From: Isoptericola halotolerans
GTDB taxonomy: Bacteria; Actinomycetota; Actinomycetes; Actinomycetales; Cellulomonadaceae
NCBI RefSeq assembly: GCF_013149785.1
Contig: NZ_JABEZU010000003.1
Location: forward strand, 186,001 to 250,000
Length of the DNA: 64,000 nt
Direction: 5' to 3'
Shown here in pieces: positions 62,282 to 64,000 of this stretch. Positions within the stretch are counted from its first letter, which is position 1; the number at the start of each line of letters is the position of its first letter. The notes under the pieces are model-generated. The model worked only from the letters and a program-made list of their open reading frames with translations. It had not been told where the DNA came from and ran no database searches. Position numbers and translations under genes: made by a program.

Positions 62282-63724
62282 TCAGGACCGGTCGCGGTCC
62301 TGGGCGGCGAACCACGTCACGGCGAGCACGCAGGCGTCGTCACGGCGCGTCGACCCGGTGGCGGTGACCTGTGCCCGCAGGGCCTCACCGGCCGGAGGCC
62401 GGCGCACGGTGCGCGCCAGGTGCGCCAGCCCGTCGGGCAACGCCTGGTCGCGCCGCTCGACCACCCCGTCGGTGTACAGCAGGACCGCGTCGCCCGGTGC
62501 GAGCCGTACCTGGCCCTGCCCGCGGGGTGGACCGACCTGCCCCGGGTGCGCCCCGAGCGGGGTCGATCGACCGTCCCACAGGTACTCGACGGCGTCGCGA
62601 CCGACCCGCAGCGGCGGCAGGTGGCCGGCACAGGCGTAGGAGAGCACACCGCTGCCGGTGTCGAGCTCGGCGTAGACGAGGGTCGAGCCGAAACCCACCT
62701 GCCGGTCCACGACGAACCGGTCGACCAGGTCGAGCACCTGAGCCGGACCGAGGTCGGGGCCTGCCAGCGCCCGGGTCGCCGTGCGCAGCTGGCCCATCGT
62801 GGTCGCGGCCGCCAGACCGCTGCCGACCACGTCGCCCACGACGACGGCCAGGGTGGTCGGGTCGACCCAGAACGCGTCGTACCAGTCGCCGCCGACCTCC
62901 ATGCCGCTGTCGGCGGGGACGTACTGCGCCGAGACGACGACGTCGTGACGGCGCGGGAGGTCGACCGTGAGCATGGCGTGCTGCAGCTCGTGGGCCACCG
63001 ACATGCTCCGCTCGTGCAGCAGCGCACGGTCCAGCGCCACCCCGCCCTGCTGAGCGATCGTGGCCAGGGCGTCGATGTCCAGCGGCGGGTCGGCGGGACG
63101 GCCCCGCACGCCCACGACCAGGTCACCGTGCGAGCCGGCGGCACCGACGACCGCGACCGTCAGGTCCCCTTGCGGCCCGCGGCGCACCCCACCGGCGGCG
63201 GCCACCGGCCGTTCGAGGGCCACGTCGGCCACCCCCGGGTGCGAACCGACGGCCGCCAGCAGCGCGGCACGGACCTGGTCACCCCCGGCGGCGTGCGACA
63301 GCGCGGCCGTGGCCTGCTGCACCCAGCGCAGACGCTCGGCCGACCGCTCGGCCGTCTCCCGGGCGCGCACCAGCTGCTGCTCGAACTCCGCCCGACGACG
63401 CACCGCCAGCACCGCGACGTCGATCCCGCTCGGCGTGACCGCCGCCGTGAGCAGTGCCGGCAGGGGTCCGTCGGGGGTGCGCACCTCGATGCGCACGGCC
63501 TCGACGCGACCGGTCAGCGTCAGGGTGGGCGTCACGTGCGTGTCCCAGTAGATGCGTCCGCCCACGGTGAGCAGGTCGCCGATCCTGCGTCCGGTCACCT
63601 CGTGGGCAGCGCCGTCCGGCCCCGCTGCCCAGGCGACGAACGTGTCGTTCGCCCGCAGCACGTGGCCGTCCGTGTCCAGGTGCAGCAGGCCCAGCGGCGC
63701 CGTCGACCAGGCGTCGGTGCTCAT
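62282..63724 (-). CDS. PAS-domain PP2C/SpoIIE phosphatase (RsbP-like)
   Basis: N-terminal PAS, VGGDWYD, VGDVVGSG, AGHLPP, YTDG, DD. Confidence 0.9.
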   Translation of the reverse strand: MSTDAWSTAPLGLLHLDTDGHVLRANDTFVAWAAGPDGAAHEVTGRRIGDLLTVGGRIYWDTHVTPTLTLTGRVEAVRIEVRTPDGPLPALLTAAVTPSGIDVAVLAVRRRAEFEQQLVRARETAERSAERLRWVQQATAALSHAAGGDQVRAALLAAVGSHPGVADVALERPVAAAGGVRRGPQGDLTVAVVGAAGSHGDLVVGVRGRPADPPLDIDALATIAQQGGVALDRALLHERSMSVAHELQHAMLTVDLPRRHDVVVSAQYVPADSGMEVGGDWYDAFWVDPTTLAVVVGDVVGSGLAAATTMGQLRTATRALAGPDLGPAQVLDLVDRFVVDRQVGFGSTLVYAELDTGSGVLSYACAGHLPPLRVGRDAVEYLWDGRSTPLGAHPGQVGPPRGQGQVRLAPGDAVLLYTDGVVERRDQALPDGLAHLARTVRRPPAGEALRAQVTATGSTRRDDACVLAVTWFAAQDRDRS

Positions 63725-64000
63725 CTTGGCGGGTGCGGGCCGGGCGGGCCGCCCAGGTAGTCCAGCACGGCCGCCGTGAGCACCTCGGGCGCGCTGAGCT
63801 GTGGGCAGTGACCCACGGCGTCGATCAGGACGAACTGCGAGCCGGCCAGGTGCTCGTGGACGTAGCGGCCCACCTCCACCGGCGCGATGACGTCCTCGCG
63901 GCACTGCACGACCAGGCTCGGGACGTGCACCCGTGCCAGGTCGGCCCGGTTGTCCGACAGGAACGTCGCGCGAGCGAACGCGCGGGCCACCTGCGGGTCG
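63721..64000 (-). CDS. Partial RsbQ-like alpha/beta hydrolase (5' end outside the window)
   Basis: FARATFLSDNRADL, QCREDVIAP, GHCPQLSAP; stop overlaps the phosphatase start. Confidence 0.88.
   Translation of the reverse strand, partial: DPQVARAFARATFLSDNRADLARVHVPSLVVQCREDVIAPVEVGRYVHEHLAGSQFVLIDAVGHCPQLSAPEVLTAAVLDYLGGPPGPHPPR

Overview
High-GC actinobacterial chromosome; gene order suggests Micrococcales (Cellulomonas/Beutenbergia-like), which is an inference. From 1 to about 40 kb it is mostly conserved backbone on the + strand: aroQ-efp-nusB, pyrR-pyrB-pyrC-carA-carB-pyrF, mihF-gmk-rpoZ-coaBC-metK-priA-fmt-rsmB, rpe, hisE-hisG, a DEAD-box helicase and the pgsA2-DUF881-garA-ftsR cluster. 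This backbone is interrupted by small accessory inserts: a SoxR-type promoter with a FAD oxidase, a satD/satE-like pair, hipBA with a GNAT and an ECF42 module, and mgtE. From about 40 kb on it is accessory: a stand-alone Xer-like tyrosine recombinase, a TetR/monooxygenase pair, a guanidine-III riboswitch with sugE/gdx, and an actinobacterial dif-like site at 45307-45334. Beyond the dif-like site lie a processive GT2 glycosyltransferase followed by an unannotated 56-aa LAxTG-TM-basic-tail micro-protein, an AraC-VOC-DDN-UvrA-like cluster, MATE, a mycobacterial-type MTHFR, malic enzyme and an RsbQ/RsbP-like pair. I saw no rRNA, tRNA, CRISPR array or IS element. The best novelty candidates are the GT2 + LAxTG micro-protein module with its regulatory leader, and the dif-like site near an extra recombinase. 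All calls come from motif recognition by eye; no searches were run and many start codons are estimates.
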